Shown: positions 25,411-38,936, counted from the stretch's first letter. The stretch: DNA of 64,000 nt from Octopus vulgaris (GCA_951406725.2 OX597834.1:40672001-40736000); one strand, 5' to 3'. Made by a program: numbers and translations. The notes: generated from the letters alone by a model not told the origin.

Positions 25411-26528
25411 CTACATTGGTGCATCCAGTGCTGTGATATTGTTTTGGACAAACACTCCTGGTAACTAATATCTCTTGGTTTTCAAAAATGTCTTCAGATT
25501 TCTCTTTTAAACATCAGAATGCAATTCTGAAAACAAAAAAGTTTTTATACGTTACAATTATTATTATTAAAAAAAATTTTTTTTTATCATTTTGTCTTAG
25601 AATACTTACTCGGGAGTAACTTTTTCGTTACCAATATCATTTTTTCAGAAGTATATATTTAAAATCTATGTTACGACAATACATAAATAATTAGTACTAC
25701 GTTTAGAGGTTAGAGTTTAAGGATTTAGGGGTAAGCTTGCGAATGGATTTGTTAGACAGAAACTGAACAGAAATCTAGTGTCTATAACAGTGGACTAAAA
25801 GCAAGACTACGCTGGTACATTTGACTGGGACCTGAAGAGCCAATGAAGGTCCCCCTGAATATCTGATTGTTTTTACCCCCTCCACTCCCAACCCCACAAA
25901 AATATTGAAAATTTTCGAAGTCCCACTCCCCTAAAGTTTGAGAGGATTCTCTACACCAACTCCCCAGTTCCTTGGAAGGCCCAAAAGCAGTCATTTGACC
26001 TGCAAAATTTCTCTTGGTGGCCAGACATACAGACAAATCCCTTGTTCCTCTCTCCGGGTCCACAAATCACTGGTCTAGGGAAGATAATCCGTCCTCACTA
26101 ATACTGGACTTTTTTATGATAAAATGACCAACGACCGTGACAGAAGGGAAGAGTTAAATTTGACTTCGGACTTGGGTCGGATGAGTCGTCCACGAAGCTA
26201 CAGCCCTCGTGGACATTAACTTTATTACTTTCATAATGTTTATATATGTACATATATTAAGCGAAGTGTATATATATTTACACTCTATTGACAATTATAC
26301 GAGAGCTATTTTTTCTGACTTTAGGTTTCTTAGACGGTTATGGTTACATATAAAATATAGTTAAACATTAACTGAAGGGTCAGGCAATCCCCTATAAGTC
26401 GAGTACCATATATATTATACTTTTACAAGGTTGACTGTGACAATACAAAGCTTAAAAACATTGTAGAAGTCACGTGGTTAGCGAAGTCTGCGAGTAAATC
26501 CTTCAGTTTAATGCAAAATTGTTTTTGT

Positions 26529-26577
<49 letters not shown>

Positions 26578-26689
26578 TGCTTGCATGTATAGATACAAAT
26601 ACTTACAAAATACATACACTTGTGAAAGATTTTGTTTTTCGAACGTTTGGTATACACAACCATTCGAACCCCAAAGGTGACTTGCGTTG

Positions 26690-27410
<721 letters not shown>

Positions 27411-27749
27411 CTTAAGAGAACGTTTTGGGTAATGTAGTCGTGTTTTGTAAACCCAACCCAAAGGTACACGTTCTTTTTATATATAATGAACGTGTGCGTT
27501 TGAATTTACAAGAGAGAGTTAGACGAAGGCCGAAAGTTCGAAGTCACTGTCACCACTCTTGCGAAAATAAATATACTTTACAAAAAGTAGTGAGTAATTC
27601 TTCAGTTTAATGTAAAATTGTTTTTGTATACACACACATATATTTATATATATATATATTATATATACACATGCTTGCATATATAGATACAAATGCTTAC
27701 AAAATGCATACACTCATATAAACACAACAAAAAAATATAAAATACTCGC

Positions 27750-27836
27750 CTTATGACAAGGTGAGAGCCAAGCTGCGCGTACCTAGCAACAACCACTGAT
27801 AATATGAATGAAACGGTGGAGAGCGCGGTAGCAACA
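27750..27836 (-). promoter_or_regulatory. Putative CC2D2A first exon/promoter with RFX X-box-like sites
   Basis: GTACCTAGCAAC (27779-27790) and GGTAGCAAC (27827-27835) in a CpG-containing patch; possible AAG|GCGAGT GC donor at 27750/27749; RFX control is typical of ciliary genes. Confidence 0.45.
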
Positions 27837-28139
27837 ACAGATTCGAAACTATACCTAAAAGTTATGTTATCACTTGGATAAATATCGCCAGTATTTTACC
27901 GAGATGATAACGAAAAAAAAAATATAGAACATCAGCAAAAATTCTGAATTTTGAATTCGGATAAACGAAAAGTTAAGATACAATGCGAAACTTACTACAC
28001 ATTTGTGAGGAGGGAAGGAAAACGACTGATGTAAGAAACTAGTGAATTTTGGCGGGAGGGGGGGAATGAATTGGCTGAGGCAAAGTAAGGGGAAGTAACT
28101 GTAGATGGTAAGACAGCTGATACGTTAATTATACTTACT

Positions 28140-28545
28140 CCAGCTTAGCGCAAAGTAGGGCGTGGTCGCCGTTTATCAGGCACAGTTTTCCACAGCTCGT
28201 CTCTCGTCTCTTTGACTGAGCTGTGTAGTCCGAGGAGGGGCGCTTGGCACCTCGAGTGCCGTCAAACGCTCGCCAGGCGGGCAATGCGGTCGGTGGTAGT
28301 TCCACTTTAGCATTCTATAGAGGGTTAGTGACGGGAAAGTGCGACGATGTTCTCGGGGAAACTCTGGGCGTCGACGAAGATCAAACTAACCGGGCCTGGA
28401 ACCATGGATAACTTCCAGAAATCCCTTGCCTGGCAATGTTACCGTCCTGCACGCCCTCGTCCAGTGTCCAAGCATTGCTGACCTGTCGCGTGTAAGACGG
28501 ATCCGGCTATCAGCTGAAACCATAATGAGGATTGCCCCGCCACTC
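28140..28545 (+). mobile_element. L1/Tx1-like LINE fragment between the CC2D2A and ZNF-1 promoters
   Basis: Homologous to 51640-51945 (CAGGCACA..TTCCACAGCTCGTC..ATGGATAACTTCCAGAAATCC). Confidence 0.65.
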
Positions 28546-28902
28546 TCCTATGAACTAAGGTTCATGCAATTAATAAAAATTCGTGACCTTCTGTCTAAAC
28601 TAGAAATCACTAATACATTACAAAGCTCATTCTGAATCAGAAATTAAGACATTGATGCGTTAAGAGACACTCTCCAAAAAAATTCACTTTAAAGATTAGA
28701 CATAATGCGGGGATGTAGGGAAACTCTTTTAACATCGAATTTTTCTCACCTACTTTCTAATTCTTGTTCTCTTATGAGAATGAAAGTTATTTAAGTTTTA
28801 TAATAAATTAGATTAGATATTCAGCAATTGTTAAATAATTATTTCGTTTTTGGATTTGGTTTGCAAGATTCTTTATATGAGTTCGTGTGTTGAAACATAT
28901 TC

Positions 28903-29096
28903 TGTTGTGTCTGGGGAGAGTCATTTTCTTTTTGTACCTTATTATGTAACACACTCACCGGTAAAATTACCACTTTTTTCTTATTTTTATTGTCCTAAAA
29001 TTTTCGTTGCGTCACGCAACCTTTTCAGGAAATTTTACCAGTGAGTGTGTTAAATTATAAGGCACAAAGAGAAAATGACTCTCCCCAGACACAACA
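28903..29096. repeat. ~68-bp inverted repeat enclosing a hammerhead-like motif (Penelope-like relic)
   Basis: Arms 28903-28971 and 29028-29096; minus strand CTGAAAAG-GTTGCG-TGA-CGCAAC-GAAAATTTTA. Confidence 0.7.
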
Positions 29097-29162
29097 ATTA
29101 ATTAATTAATTCCTCTCTACACAGTTCCCTCTTACTCCCCCTTCTTCCTCGGTTACCGAATA

Positions 29163-29337
29163 TCTTAATCACATGACGTAAAACCGACCAATAAAAATCC
29201 AATAATTCCATTTCCGGAAATACTTCTGCTAAGCCATTTTCTCCTCTCCTTACTAAAGAGAGAGATCACCATCGAAGCCTCATCGTTTTCGCGATGGTCT
29301 TCTGCATAATTCCCGTCTACCAATTATCAATCTCGAG
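29163..29337 (+). promoter_or_regulatory. ZNF-1 promoter module and non-coding exon 1 (donor after 29337; acceptor before 30921)
   Basis: ATCACATGACGT..GACCAAT..ATCCAAT..TTCCGGAA; a homologous block lies upstream of ZNF-4 and the intron starts are also homologous. Confidence 0.6.
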
Positions 29338-30238
29338 GTATATTTAGCTTTAACACTTCATCTTTGTACCCCCTCTTATAATAATATATTTTTAACCCCC
29401 AACCACAATATAATTAAGTCCATCCGTTCTTCCACACTGTATGTAAGAAGCAGGTGCTTGTACCCTGAATGTCTCTTGTCTGTCCTTGCAATGTCCCCCT
29501 CTATGTAAACCTTTTAGAGGTTAATAAAGAAATAGCTCTTATAATAACAACAGTTAAAAAAAGGTACAACTGTTGTAAAATAACTAAAATACCAAGGTGC
29601 TTCCTACTGTAATTAACGATGCATTTTGCACGAAGCCCTCCCCGCCTACATTCAACAGTCCAGTTCTTAATTACAACATTCCACTTTCACTTTGTCAAAC
29701 TGGTCGCCAACTGACAGCAGAATTATTCTTTTAGATGCGCTTCTGTGGCTAGTTTGGATGGGTCTTCTTGCATTCCTATATTTTTATTGTATCATTATGT
29801 AAAATAGGAGGATGTGATTGCATTAGATCATTTAATATTGTTACTTTAGTTCTGCATTTTTAAGTTGAGACTCGAATGTAGAGAGATCGGTTGTGTGTGA
29901 TTTGTTGCAAGTCGAGCGACCATTATTGGAAGCTTTTTTGTTATTATCTTGCATAAATTCCTATAGATTATATGTACAATATCTCAGTTATTTGTTAGAA
30001 TTTTAATATACTGTTCTCAAACAGTGTATTCTTTCTGATGGATGTTTCTTTACAACAGTTTTTACAATGGCATAACAAACGTCTACCGTCTCTCCAGTTT
30101 TACTTTGATCCACTCCATTATGGTGCATGGAAAAATAATGATCTGATTTTCTTTAAAAATTTCTGTTGTATGATTTATTGTCCATAATTCCTAAATGAAT
30201 TCTCCATAAATTATATTTGAAATGACAATCTATATTTA

Positions 30239-30455
30239 CGAGGGAGTGCTAAAAAGTTCCTGGCTTTTGGGTAAAAGAAAATACAGGAGGATCAGTTAAT
30301 TATGATTTTATTCAACACTTTCCCCTTTCAGATTCACACACTTATTGCAGCGGTCCTTCAGTTTTTCTAAGCCCTGTAAGAGAATTCGTAATGTTGGGCC
30401 TCCAACCAAGCCTTTTGCGATACTGTTAAAGCCAGGAACTTTTCAGCACCCCTCA
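30239..30455. mobile_element. Mariner-type MITE in ZNF-1 intron 1
   Basis: TIRs CGAGGGAGTGCTAAAAAGTTCCTGGCTTT and AAAGCCAGGAACTTTTCAGCACCCCTCA; TA at the left end. Confidence 0.8.
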
Positions 30456-31278
30456 TTATGTCAATATGACCAATGAAAAAATGACGAAATGCGAAATGTC
30501 AAATTTTGTTTTAATATTGTTTCGCTCATAAACACACACATCGCTCAGTCTGAGATTCGAACCCGCCAGCCCTTAACCGCGAGTCTGCTGCTCTAACCAC
30601 TAGGCCATGTGCCTCCACGATTTTGTAGATACTGCTTTCAGAATTTCTATTTTCTTTATCATACATTTTCTTCCAGTAAATACATCTGAAGCAAATATTT
30701 TTCATGGACCCTTAAGATATTACTGTGGACTCAATTTACTATTTTACTTGTGTGGACCCCCCAAAAAATCTTATGTGGGCTCTGGTTGACGACCAATGGT
30801 CTTGGTAAATGTTTGTAATGACAGTTTATCAGTATAGTGATAAATGTAGCAAGATAGCTGGTGTCAGATCCCTACCATTTAACTGCCTTCTCTGTCTTAT
30901 ACTGTTTCTTTTTATTTCAGAACATCAGATGAGATTGGCTGAAAAGAATATTTTTACCTCCACAGCATCCTCAGTATTTAGATTTTAAAGACTAATGGAA
31001 TATGTTAAACCAAACTGTTCTTAACTCTGTTTCTAGAAATCCATGGCTAAATTATTTTGAAATACTTCCTTTGAGCTGAGTTTCATAGCAAAGTTTCTCT
31101 GTTTGCTGCCTGAATTGTGTACAAGCTGATTCTGCATTTTAATTAAGTTTCAATGAATTTACCAAAGTGTTGGCAGCATCTTCTGATCTTGGCAAGAATG
31201 AAATTCCATGGGAAAATAAAATGTAAAACTGAATAGAAGAAACACATCCATATATTGCAGTGAAAGGAAATATGGAAA

Positions 31279-32334
31279 ATGAATTCTGAAGTTGAATGTA
31301 AGACGGTGTCTGAAAGTATTGACTTTCCAGATGAGATGCTGAAAGAGAAGAGTAAAACATCATACCAATGTGATTTGTGTAAAAAGTCATTCTCTCAAAG
31401 AGGCCACCTAATTACTCACAAACGCATACATACAGGAGTAAAACCATATCAGTGTGATATCTGTGGTAAATCATTTTCTGTAAGAAGTAACTTAACTACT
31501 CACAAACGTATTCATACAGGGGAGAAGCCATATCATTGTGATATCTGTGGTAATTCATTCTCTCAAAGAAGTCCCTTAACTACTCACAAACGTATTCATA
31601 CAGGCGAAAAACCATATCAGTGTGATATCTGTGGTAAATCATTCTCACAAAATGGTGAGGTGACTAAACACAAACGTACCCATACAGGAGAGAAGCCATA
31701 TCAGTGTGATATCTGTGATAAATCGTTTTCTGGAAGTGGTGGCTTAACTATACACAAACGCTTTCATACCGGAGAGAAGCCATACAACTGTGACATCTGC
31801 GGTAAATCATTCTCTCAAAATGGTGAAGTAACAATACATAAATACATTCATACAGGAGTGAAACCCTACCAGTGTGATATCTGTGGTAAATCATTCTCTG
31901 TAACAAGTCATTTAACTACTCACAAACGTATTCATACAGGAGAGAAACCATATCATTGTGATATCTGTGGTATATCATTCTCTGAGAGTAGTAGCTTTAC
32001 TAGACACAAGCGTATTCATACAGGAGAGAAACCATATCTCTGCGATATTTGTGGTAAATCATTCTCTCAGATCGGTTACTTAACTACTCACAAACGTATT
32101 CATACAGGAGAAAAGCCATATCATTGTGATGTTTGTGGTAAAACATTCTCTCACAGTGGTAACTTAACCAATCACAGGAACATTCATTCAAGGGAAAAGC
32201 CATATCAGTGTGATATCTGTGGTAAATCATTTTCTCACAGTGGTAACTTAACTACACACAAACAAATTCATACAAGAGACAAGCAATACCACAATGATGT
32301 CTATGGTAAATCATTCTCTCAAGAAGTCACTTAA
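31279..32334 (+). CDS. C2H2 zinc-finger protein ZNF-1 (11 intact fingers plus a decayed 12th)
   Basis: Tandem CxxC-x12-HxxxH units with TGEKP linkers; single coding exon; the ancestral-type ATG at 31272 is out of frame. Confidence 0.9.
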   Translation: MNSEVECKTVSESIDFPDEMLKEKSKTSYQCDLCKKSFSQRGHLITHKRIHTGVKPYQCDICGKSFSVRSNLTTHKRIHTGEKPYHCDICGNSFSQRSPLTTHKRIHTGEKPYQCDICGKSFSQNGEVTKHKRTHTGEKPYQCDICDKSFSGSGGLTIHKRFHTGEKPYNCDICGKSFSQNGEVTIHKYIHTGVKPYQCDICGKSFSVTSHLTTHKRIHTGEKPYHCDICGISFSESSSFTRHKRIHTGEKPYLCDICGKSFSQIGYLTTHKRIHTGEKPYHCDVCGKTFSHSGNLTNHRNIHSREKPYQCDICGKSFSHSGNLTTHKQIHTRDKQYHNDVYGKSFSQEVT

Positions 32335-32555
32335 CCCTTTAGTGTTTAAACCGGCCAAATCCGGCCCAATATATTCTACATGTTTTATATTCAAACTGGC
32401 GATATCTAGCCTCTCACACTTAACCTACAATGTCATGCTAAAAATAAACAATCACATCGTTGAAACCTCAAAGCTATAAGATAATGCATGATTAATTCAA
32501 AACAATTTGAGTGAAAAGGTATTACAATCAACAGAGTAATCTGAACACTAAGGGG
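32335..32555. mobile_element. piggyBac-type MITE (TTAA TSD) at the ZNF-1 stop
   Basis: TTAA|CCCTTTAG..CTAAGGGG|TTAA; an inverted sister copy lies at 13254-13473. Confidence 0.85.
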
Positions 32556-32974
32556 TTAAATACTCACAACCGTATTCATAAAGAAGAGTAACAGAATCAG
32601 TCCTAAAAGAGTCATTCTATGAATAAAAAAAATATATAACCATGAACGTATATTATAAAAAAAAACAGACAATACAATTTGATAAGTCTCCTAAGACTTT
32701 CATATATAACCACATATATAAATATATACCTTGGTGAGATAAAGTTGTTAAAAATATAATCGTTGTCTCAGAATACTCATCTATTTTCCATCTGACATAT
32801 TTTCTGAAGGGAGAAAAGAGACGTTTGATTTATTTGACATTGTGGATAAATAACTGAGAAATGCATTTTCATATGTCAGAGATCATGTCACTGTATAATT
32901 GATGTCGCAAATAAATATATAAACCATCTTTCATCATACCAGGATATTTTATATACAGTCTTACATGTGTGTTA

Positions 32975-34190
32975 CAGGGATTGGTCAAAATATTAGAAAA
33001 AATCCTTGTTAAATGGAAGTTTTATTATTAAATACAGACTTGGTCCACTTTTAGCATCAATCACAGCTTCAATTTGTTGAAGAATTGACTTGTATAGGTT
33101 CTGGATAATTCTTAGGGGAATTTTAAACCAGTTTTTAAGTAAATCTACTTTAGCTCTTTTTGTGATGATGGCAGAGGGAAGTGGCTTCTCATTTGCTGTT
33201 CCAAAGTTCATCTTCAATGTTCAATTATATTGGGATCCAGTGATTATGGGGACTAGTTGAAATAGTTTGTATCATCTTTGTACTCTTTGTATCAATTTTG
33301 AATAATATTAACCATGTGAATTGATGCAATGTTGTCCTTGAAGACTGCTGCTATCAAGAAACAGTGTTTGTATGCTAGAATTTACATGATCAGTCAAAAT
33401 ACTCAGTCATTAGTATTAACTCTACCATGTAGATCAGCTGAAGGGGTAAAAGAATTCTATCATGTAGCTGCTCAAACCATGCCACCTCCATGCTTCATGG
33501 TAGAGGCCGAACAATCGGATGAGATGAAGGCTTCTTTGAGCTGTCTCCAGTCATAAACTTACCTCAAAGTGGGGGAAAAAAGGTGAATGATTATTCATCA
33601 GAGATGACATTGAGCCGTTGACTGCTTCTGACAGTCTAAACACTGTTTTTTCTTCTTATCAGTGTTGATGGGGAACAGGAAAAGTTTAGCAATTGCAACT
33701 CTCCTTGCTATCCAGCTTTATGGAGCTCACACCAAATAGTTTTAGTTGACACAAGGTTTGCAATTTGGTGGTTTAGCTCGGCAGTCACTTTAGCTGGTGT
33801 AGTTTGATGGTTCTTAGTCACAATATGTTTCACTACACAGCAGTACCTCTACGAGTTTTGCATTCCGATCAGAATTATGCTTTCTGGAGCTGATTCTGCT
33901 TCGGTTTTTGAATGCCAACATGATTTCAGTGACTGTACCTCTTGTAACATTAAACAGTTCAGTAGTTTTAGTGACTGAAGTTCCAGCCATCCACTCTAAC
34001 AATTTGTCCTCTTTGGAAATCATATAAGTCATGTATTTTAACTTTTAAAAAAAAAAAAAAAGAAAATCTCTAGAGTGAAAGACGTTCAAAATGTATATAC
34101 AGACTAGGGCAGTTTTGAACTTGTCATATTGTCAATAGGAAAAAGCCATTAAATAAAAAGTGGTATTTCTACTATTTTGTCCAATCCTTG
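32975..34190 (-). mobile_element. Degenerate Tc1-family transposon with TIRs and TA TSD
   Basis: TIRs CAGGGATTGGTCAAAATATTAGAAA and CAAGGATTGGACAAAATAGTAGAAA; broken transposase pieces (SVTKTTELFNVTRGTV; SLDPNIIE; WFKIP..SILQQIEAVIDAKSGP). Confidence 0.85.
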
Positions 34191-34364
34191 TATATTTTGC
34201 TTTAAAATGTGTAGTATGTATACTTTCAAAGTTGGTAAGATTTATATCATTTCATATTTCTTTTATTCATATCACAATTCCTTCATGAGATTTTATGAAC
34301 TTCATTCAAAATTTACTTTCAATAATTAAACTGAAATGAAATCCTAACAAAAATAGTTGACGAT

Positions 34365-34849
34365 TCCTGGCTTTCGTTGACTTGGTGAAGACTCTTGAGA
34401 GGTTTCTATATTCAGTTATTTTGTGTTCACTCAGGAAACTAGGCATAGACGAACGGCTCATGAGGACTGTACAATCTATGTACAAAGAGGCTGTAAGTAA
34501 AGTGAGAGTCTACAGTGGTTTTACAGTGATGAATTTAGCATGAAGGTAGGAGTCCATCAATACTCTGTCCCCAATCCCCTTTTATTTATTATAGTCCCGA
34601 TAATCCAGTTCTAACTGATTCTATGGTAGAATTAGAAAGGAAATTCCAGGCATGAAAGCTAAACCTAGAACCAAATGACTTCAAGGTAAGCTTAGCAAAG
34701 ACTAAGATTTTAGTAAGTTGGAAAGAAGACAGGATGCTGGTTTCTTCAGGGAAATGGCTTGGCTCAGTCTGTTGGAAAAGAGTAGGTATAAACCTGATAT
34801 ACTGTACCAAATATTAAGTTATGGGCATAAGAGGTGTAGTGGAATCCCG
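34365..34849 (+). mobile_element. RTE-clade LINE reverse transcriptase fragment
   Basis: FLAFVDLVKT..SLRKLGIDERLMRTVQSMYKEAVSKVRV..KVGVHQ, with frameshifts. Confidence 0.8.
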
Positions 34850-35234
34850 TCTCTCTCTATATAAAGCTTAAGTTGTCTGTATTTGGTAGCCTTCAACTAA
34901 CACTATCTCCTCCGAGACCCTGCAGCACAAGTTGACCAAAATTGAGAGTATGATAGAAGAAGGCTTGCTCTTCCTTCCGTAGAAGAAAAAATTCAAATCG
35001 GACCATGTTAACACCAAAAATTATTTACATCAAAAAGGTGCTTTTTTTTTCTATGAAAATTCCTATTTTTTACGATTTTTTGACTGCTGTGTCGCCATTT
35101 TTCGGTGTATTTCAACCAGAAAAATGTTTACTTAAAGAGAATAACAAGTTACATAATGCAAAACTTTTACTTTTCAAAAATTCCAATTCTAAAGGGTCGA
35201 AACAAACCCAAGCAACACTGGGCGATGCTGCTAG
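34850..35234 (+). mobile_element. Non-autonomous Helitron
   Basis: 5' TCTCTCTCTATATAAAG; 3' imperfect hairpin CCCAAGCAACACTGGG followed by CTAG|T; no TSD. Confidence 0.7.
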
Positions 35235-36529
35235 TTAAAATATAAAGTAAGCTGTATATGTGACACGCACTGGAAAAGTATGTACTAGAGATAGACCAGA
35301 AATAGATTCTCTTTACCCTTTAGCATTCAGATTCTTCTTAGTCTTAGGTCCTCCTGCGCTGTGTGGTGCATTGGGTGGCAAGGTTTCTCCAACGTGGTCA
35401 GTCAGCCACAGCGAGTTCAGCTTCATCCCATGAAATGTCAATGGATTTGAGGTCACCGAGGAAGGCACCGAGTCGCTTTTGGTAGACAGAAACTGAAAAG
35501 AAATCTGTTGTGTGTGTTTGTTCCCACCCATGCTTAACAACTGGTATTGGTGTGTTTACATCCCCATAACTTAGCGGTTCAGCAAAAAGAGACTGATAGA
35601 ATATGTATCAGGCTTAAAAATATATAAGTTCTGAGGTTGATTCATTTGGCTAAAAATTCTTCAATGTGGTGGCCCAGGATGGCTGCAGTCTGATGAGTGA
35701 AGCAAGTAAAAGATAAAAGCCCCCTGCGTGGCACCTTGGGCAAGAGTCTTCTACTATAACCTTGGGACGACTAAAGCCTTGTGAGTGGATTTGGTAGACA
35801 GAAACTGAAAAGCCTGTCATATATGTGTGTGTCTGTCTGTCTGTCTTCCCACTATCGCTTGACAACCGATGTTGGTGTTTACATCCCCATAACTTACCGG
35901 TTCGGCAAGAGTGACCGATAAAATAAGTACTAGGATTACAAAGAATAAGTCTTAGGGTCGATTTTGTTCGACTAAAGGCGTTGTTCCAGCATGGCCGCAG
36001 TCAGATGACTGAAACAAGTCAAAGAATAAAAGAACATATATATATATAAGTTCAGCAAAATTTAGATTCAGATGAATATGGTACTGGCAAATGAAATAGA
36101 GATAAGAATGTGATTGGAAAATTCTATAAATGGCTGAAGATTGCTCGACATTTTAAAACTGATGTAGTACTTACAGTGTTTAATAAAATGAAGTAGCATG
36201 AAACAATTGTACTACTCTACCTTGGATATCCTTGTTGCTTATTTTGATTTTATATATATATAAAGAGAGAGACGGAGTGCAGTAAAGTAGATAGACACAG
36301 GTTGTTTTTCCTTATATTTTTTCCTCCTGTATTTTGTGCTCCATGTAAATATATATTTCAAGTCTAACCGTGTTTATCTTCAACATAGGACCTCCATAAC
36401 AGCTCAGTTTGAATTGATCTTATCGTCACTTTCGATACCTTGAGTCTGGCCCTGGATGAGAAATTACAAATTTTAAGTTCACATTCATTTGATTAATAAT
36501 TTGTGTTGTGTATACGGAGGAAGCCTGTA

Positions 36530-37135
36530 CGTAACTGGTACTTAATTTATCGACCCCGAAAGGATGAAAGGCAAAGTTGACCTCAGCAGAATTTGAACTC
36601 CAAACACAGCAGCGGACGAAATACCTATTTCTTTACTACCCACAAGGGGCTAAACACAGAGAGGACAGACATCGCCCCAGTGCGTAACTGGTATTTAATT
36701 TATCGACCCCAAAAGGATGAAAGGCAAAGTCGACCTCGGCGGAATTTGAACTCAGAACGCAGCAGCGGACGAAATACCTATTTCTTTACTACCCACAAGG
36801 GGCTAAACACAGAAGGGACAAACAAGGACAGACATCGACCCCAGTGCATAACTGGTATTTAATTTATCGACCCCGAAAGGATGAAAGGCAAAGTCGACCT
36901 CGGCGGAATTTGAACTCAGAACGCAGCAGCGGACGAAATACCTATTTCTTTACTACCCACAAGGGGTTAAACACAGAGAGGACAGACATCCACCCCAGTG
37001 CGTAACTGGTACTTAATTTATCAACCCCGAAAGAATGAAAGGCAAAGTCGACCTCGGCGGAATTTGAACTCAGAACGTAACGGCAGACGAAATACTGCTA
37101 AGCATTTCGCCCTGCGTGCTAACGTTTCTGCCAGC
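36530..37135 (-). repeat. Head-to-tail tandem array (~4 units, ~155-165 bp) of SINE family D
   Basis: Unit CGTAACTGGTACTTAATTTATCGACCCCGAAAGGATGAAAGGCAAAGTCGACCTCGGCGGAATTTGAACTC..CCCACAAGGGGCTAAACAC repeated; only the last unit keeps the head. Confidence 0.85.
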
Positions 37136-38722
37136 ATGTGGCGCCTTGTGAGTGCTTAAAATCATCGTCTACATGCTTATCATAAGTCCCTGCCCACCAG
37201 GAAGCTTCCCTCTCCTACCGGACAATTCACGAAATACATCTTAGGAAAGGGAAATAACTTTGATGACTCGAAACTTTTAATTGATGTTTCCTTTTTGTTG
37301 TTGGTTAATTGGGTCGATCGCTGTTTGCATCGAAACACGTAAGTTGACAAAGTTTTGCTTTATAATTGCTATTATGTGAGTAAATAATAGAACTGTGTGC
37401 CCCCTTTCGAGGTCAGAATATTTGTACAGAAGTGAAAGCACATAACAGGGGGGAATATTTCCTCGTCCAGCCTCTCCTCATACAGGATGCCGTTCCTTCG
37501 TCTTCGGTACTTTTACCGTTTCTTCTCGCCAAACGTTGATCTGTTTATTCCTGGAGACACAGGACTGAACGTCCATACCTTATAAAATGAATTCGAAGTT
37601 TTTCCTGTTAATGATATTCTACTTGAAGAAGACCACAGGATGAAAATAACGGAAATTGTTAATAATCGCCAAATAGAAGCGAACGTTTTAAGGTGTCGAG
37701 CTGGCGGAACCGTTGGCACTCGTCCGTCTCTACGTTCTGAGTTCAAATTCCACTGAGGTGGATTTTGCCTTTTATCCTTTCAGGGGGTCGATAAAAGGAG
37801 TACCAGTTGAACACTGGAGTCAATATAATGGACTCGTTTCCTTCCCCCCGAAGCGGCCGGCTTTGTGCAAAAATTTAAAATTAATATAAGCGAACGTTAT
37901 CTGATTTATGGTTAATTTTAATTGATATATAATGAAATGCTCAACGGGTTTATTACAAAATATAAATGATAATGATATATATATATATCTACATATCTCT
38001 CTATATAAAGTCCGAATTATTTATTGCTAAAATGTGTTTACTTCTCCATAACGAAACGGTTTTGGGTAAAGTGTCCGATAGAATAAGTACCAGGTTTTTT
38101 TTTTTAAAAAGTACTGAGGTTGATTCGTGCGACTAAAATTCTTCAAGCTGATGCTCCAGCATGGCCGCACCTGACTGAAACAAGTAAAAGAATACTACAA
38201 TATTAAATTGTAGGATAATAACGTGGAAACAGGGTGTGCCACTTCCTAAGCATAGCGCGACATTTTTTCTTTAATTTTGCTCTACGTATCTTCCATCGTG
38301 TTCGTGCATGGGTCACCATGGCATGCCTACAATTAATGCTAATGAGGGTACCTGGCAATACGTGCACTTTTATCTCATTGACGATTATTACTGGTTTGTT
38401 TAACCTTTCCTTTTGCGATCTACAAACGAAAGATCGCCATTTTGTTGTGTCAGAAACAAGGATGTCTCCTTATTTGATCATCCCAGAATTATGACCGGGG
38501 AAGACCACTTACGGTGGCGTTTGGATTCAGAACATAAAGGGATGGATATAACTAAATACTGGTTCCACTCTCTTTTCTGTTACGATCAAACATGTCGTAT
38601 ATATCCTCTGAGAAAACTGATGCACTTTTTTTTTGCCTTACAATCGTCCAACTCTTCTAAAATGAAGAATCACAGTTGGTAATGAATGGTTTTCCTGAGT
38701 GCTTTTGAGGTGTGGAAGATTT

Positions 38723-38936
38723 AAATAATAATAATGAAATTATTGTATACAGTGCTCAGGTGCACCACAACTTCTCAGAAAGTGCGTATAGAGTATATGC
38801 AGTGTGTGTGTATGGAGGGGAGAAAATTAGGTGTAGTGTTGGCGAATCTCAGAAAGCATGGAAGTTTTGAAGGATGCAGTGCTCCGACAACTAACAACTG
38901 ATGCTGGCAGTTTGTTCCATGCTTCAGCAACTCTCA
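38723..38936 (-). mobile_element. CR1-like LINE 3' end
   Basis: RVAEAWNKLPASVVSCRSTASFK followed by a tail ending TTCATTATTATT; the same tail occurs at ~49301-49343. Confidence 0.7.

Noticed and set aside
36530-37135. CRISPR-like regular repeat
   Set aside because: Whole units repeat with no unique spacers, they match SINE family D, no cas genes are present, and the DNA is eukaryotic.
37137-38700. First exon/promoter of ZNF-2 (donor candidate at 37338/37339; ETS-like CCACTTCCT near 38250)
   Set aside because: No clear homology to either promoter class, and I cannot choose between candidates without transcripts.
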